This document shows positions 62,368 to 64,000 of a DNA stretch of 64,000 nucleotides, piece by piece. The stretch is from Moorena sp. SIO3A5 (GTDB lineage: Bacteria; Cyanobacteriota; Cyanobacteriia; Cyanobacteriales; Coleofasciculaceae): NCBI RefSeq assembly GCF_010672205.1, contig NZ_JAAHHD010000019.1:95963-159962 (forward strand). The letters are read 5' to 3'. The notes beneath the pieces are model-generated. The model did no database searches, had not been told where the DNA came from, and saw only the letters and a list, made by a program, of their open reading frames with translations. Position 1 is the stretch's first letter, and each line of letters starts with the position of its first letter. Made by a program: the position numbers and the translations under genes.

Positions 62368-63438
62368 ATGAACTGGTGGCAAAAACTTACCAAGAACCCT
62401 CTCGCCCGTTTTGGGGCATTGCTATTATTGACTTTTTATCTAATTGTCATTGCAGCAGATGTTGTTGCTCCCTATGATCCTTATGTGTCTCAGCCAGATG
62501 GTTCCCTGCTACCACCTACCAAGATCTACTGGCGTAACCAGCAAACCAAAGAGTTTATTGGTCCCCATGTATATCCCACAACCCAAGGACCAACGGATTT
62601 AGAGACAGGCGATCGCAAACTGATTGTAGACTGGCAAAAGCCGTCGCCAGTGGGTCTATTTGTTCCAGGTCGGGAGTATAAGTTGTTTGGAGCGATTCCC
62701 TTCAACCGTCACCTGTTTGGTACGGTGGGTGAGGGGAAGATTAATCTATTAGGTACCGATGAGCAAGCTCGTGATCAGTTTAGTCGCTTGGTGTATGGGG
62801 GTCGGATTAGTCTTAGTATTGGTCTAGTCGGAATTGCGATCTCCTTTCCCCTTGGTCTAATCATTGGGGGAATTTCCGGCTATTTCGGCGGCTGGGTAGA
62901 TGGGATCATCATGCGTCTGGTAGAAGTTTTGATGACTATTCCTGGTATTTACCTACTCGTCGCCTTAGCGGCTGTGCTACCACCTGGTCTAACTAGTGCG
63001 CAACGGTTTTTATTAATTGTTCTGATTACCTCGTTTATTAGCTGGTCTGGCTTAGCACGAGTGATCCGAGGACAGGTGTTATCGATTAAGGAGCGGGAAT
63101 TTGTCCAAGCTGCCAAAACTATGGGGGCGAATCCCTTCTATATCATTGTACGCCACGTTCTGCCCCAGACAGCTTCCTATGTGATTATATCAGCAACCTT
63201 GGCAGTTCCTGGTTTCATTGTGGCCGAGTCGGTGCTGAGTTTGATTGGATTGGGAATTCAGCAACCGGATCCGTCCTGGGGAAATTTGTTGTCTTTGGCA
63301 ACCAATGCCTCAATCATCGTGCTACAGCCTTGGTTGATTTGGCCGCCAGCACTGCTGATTATTCTGACGGTGTTGGCGTTTAATTTACTTGGGGATGGTT
63401 TGCGGGATGCTCTCGATCCCAGAAGTTTACAGCGCTAG
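62368..63438 (+). CDS. ABC transporter permease (oligopeptide/dipeptide DppC/OppC-like)
   Basis: It has an N-terminal TM and a long periplasmic loop. The EAA-like motif region is …FVQAAKTMGANPFYIIVRHVLPQ…, and there are 6 TM segments. Confidence 0.85.
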   Translation: MNWWQKLTKNPLARFGALLLLTFYLIVIAADVVAPYDPYVSQPDGSLLPPTKIYWRNQQTKEFIGPHVYPTTQGPTDLETGDRKLIVDWQKPSPVGLFVPGREYKLFGAIPFNRHLFGTVGEGKINLLGTDEQARDQFSRLVYGGRISLSIGLVGIAISFPLGLIIGGISGYFGGWVDGIIMRLVEVLMTIPGIYLLVALAAVLPPGLTSAQRFLLIVLITSFISWSGLARVIRGQVLSIKEREFVQAAKTMGANPFYIIVRHVLPQTASYVIISATLAVPGFIVAESVLSLIGLGIQQPDPSWGNLLSLATNASIIVLQPWLIWPPALLIILTVLAFNLLGDGLRDALDPRSLQR

Positions 63439-63761
63439 CTATTGAAATACTCAAGGGGGAAGGATCGGTCGAGTCTGGAAAAAGCCTTTTTTTCTCGGTT
63501 CAATCATCAACCTTGCTCCCCTTGAACTATAGCCCTCACCACAATAGTCCGAAGGATTCAGTTTTAACAAAACATCTCAGGGAACAATAATATTAGAAAT
63601 GGAATGTTTTGTGGCTGTGTTTACCCATTATCAAATACTTACTGGCTCAGACAATAATATATAAAATACAAACCCAATCCAGAGCAAAGAAGAAGAGCAC
63701 GGCAATTATAGCGTTGATCACAGTTATGAGGTACAGTATTCTTTGAAGCTGATTCCCTGTT

Positions 63762-63857
63762 AGGTGCGCTTTCCGCATCTAATGATTAAATTCGCTCAAG
63801 GTGCGCGCCTCCTAGGCCGGGGAACCCGGCCTAGGGTCGCACCTTCGGGTCGCACCT
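63762..63857. repeat. Dispersed palindromic element (copy 5, nested)
   Basis: aggtgcgctttccgcatctaatgattaaattcgc…ggtgcgcgcc…ggccggggaacccggcc…gggtcgcacc…gggtcgcacct. Confidence 0.7.
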
Positions 63858-63882
63858 GAAGATGCAGCGCATCCCTATTACC

Positions 63883-64000
63883 TATTACCTATTACCTATT
63901 ACCTATTACCTATTACCTATTACCTATTACCTATTACCTATTACCTATTACCTATTACCTATTACCTATTACCTATTACCTATTACCTATTACCTATTAC
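63883..64000. repeat. Heptanucleotide STR (ttaccta), at least 17 units, running to the window end
   Basis: Direct reading of the sequence. Confidence 0.9.

Noticed and set aside
60494-64000. Possible CRISPR arrays at heptamer or short-repeat clusters
   Set aside because: The units are 7 nt and perfectly tandem with no spacers. No cas genes are present. These are STRR-type microsatellites and not CRISPR.

Overview
This window comes from a cyanobacterium, and a filamentous Nostocales- or Oscillatoriales-like genome is the best fit. HIP1 (GCGATCGC) is frequent, intergenic regions are packed with heptanucleotide STRR-like tandem repeats, and there are Uma2 and pentapeptide-repeat genes. The core of the window (18.5-36.2 kb, minus strand) is the conserved ribosomal-protein supercluster in the cyanobacterial arrangement without rpsJ or rpsN: rplC-rplD-rplW-rplB-rpsS-rplV-rpsC-rplP-rpmC-rpsQ-rplN-rplX-rplE-rpsH-rplF-rplR-rpsE-rplO-secY-adk-infA-rpmJ-rpsM-rpsK-rpoA-rplQ-truA-rplM-rpsI-rpmE-prfA.

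The two most notable accessory loci are:
- Two large tandem NACHT (STAND) NTPase genes at 1.5-9.5 kb, each with a C-terminal array of PBS-lyase HEAT-like repeats and a novel N-terminal amphipathic domain. The N-terminus of the second copy is decayed, leaving an orphan 63-aa fragment. This looks like a bacterial NLR-like (antiviral-STAND-like) candidate defence locus.
- An 879-aa bacterial homologue of the eukaryotic major vault protein at 39.5-42.2 kb, alignable along its whole length to human MVP.

Other content:
- A CBS/Usp protein.
- A Uma2 endonuclease.
- A DUF2993 protein.
- A small repeat protein.
- An HTH plus AAA-like ATPase, and a standalone homologue of its C-terminal half.
- A response-regulator/PAS/class III adenylyl cyclase.
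- A CPA2 antiporter.
- A pentapeptide-repeat protein.
- A fused B12/radical-SAM/DUF2344 protein carrying an in-frame 15-nt microsatellite.
- A STAS protein.
- An Amt transporter.
- An RNase II/R.
- rpsR and rpmG.
- tRNA-Gly(CCC).
- An HD phosphohydrolase.
- An ABC permease.
- A degraded IS605-type tnpB with hairpin (PATE/MITE-like) elements, plus an IS/MITE graveyard (ISAs1 and ISL3 fragments) next to the tRNA.
- Several dispersed palindromic repeat families.
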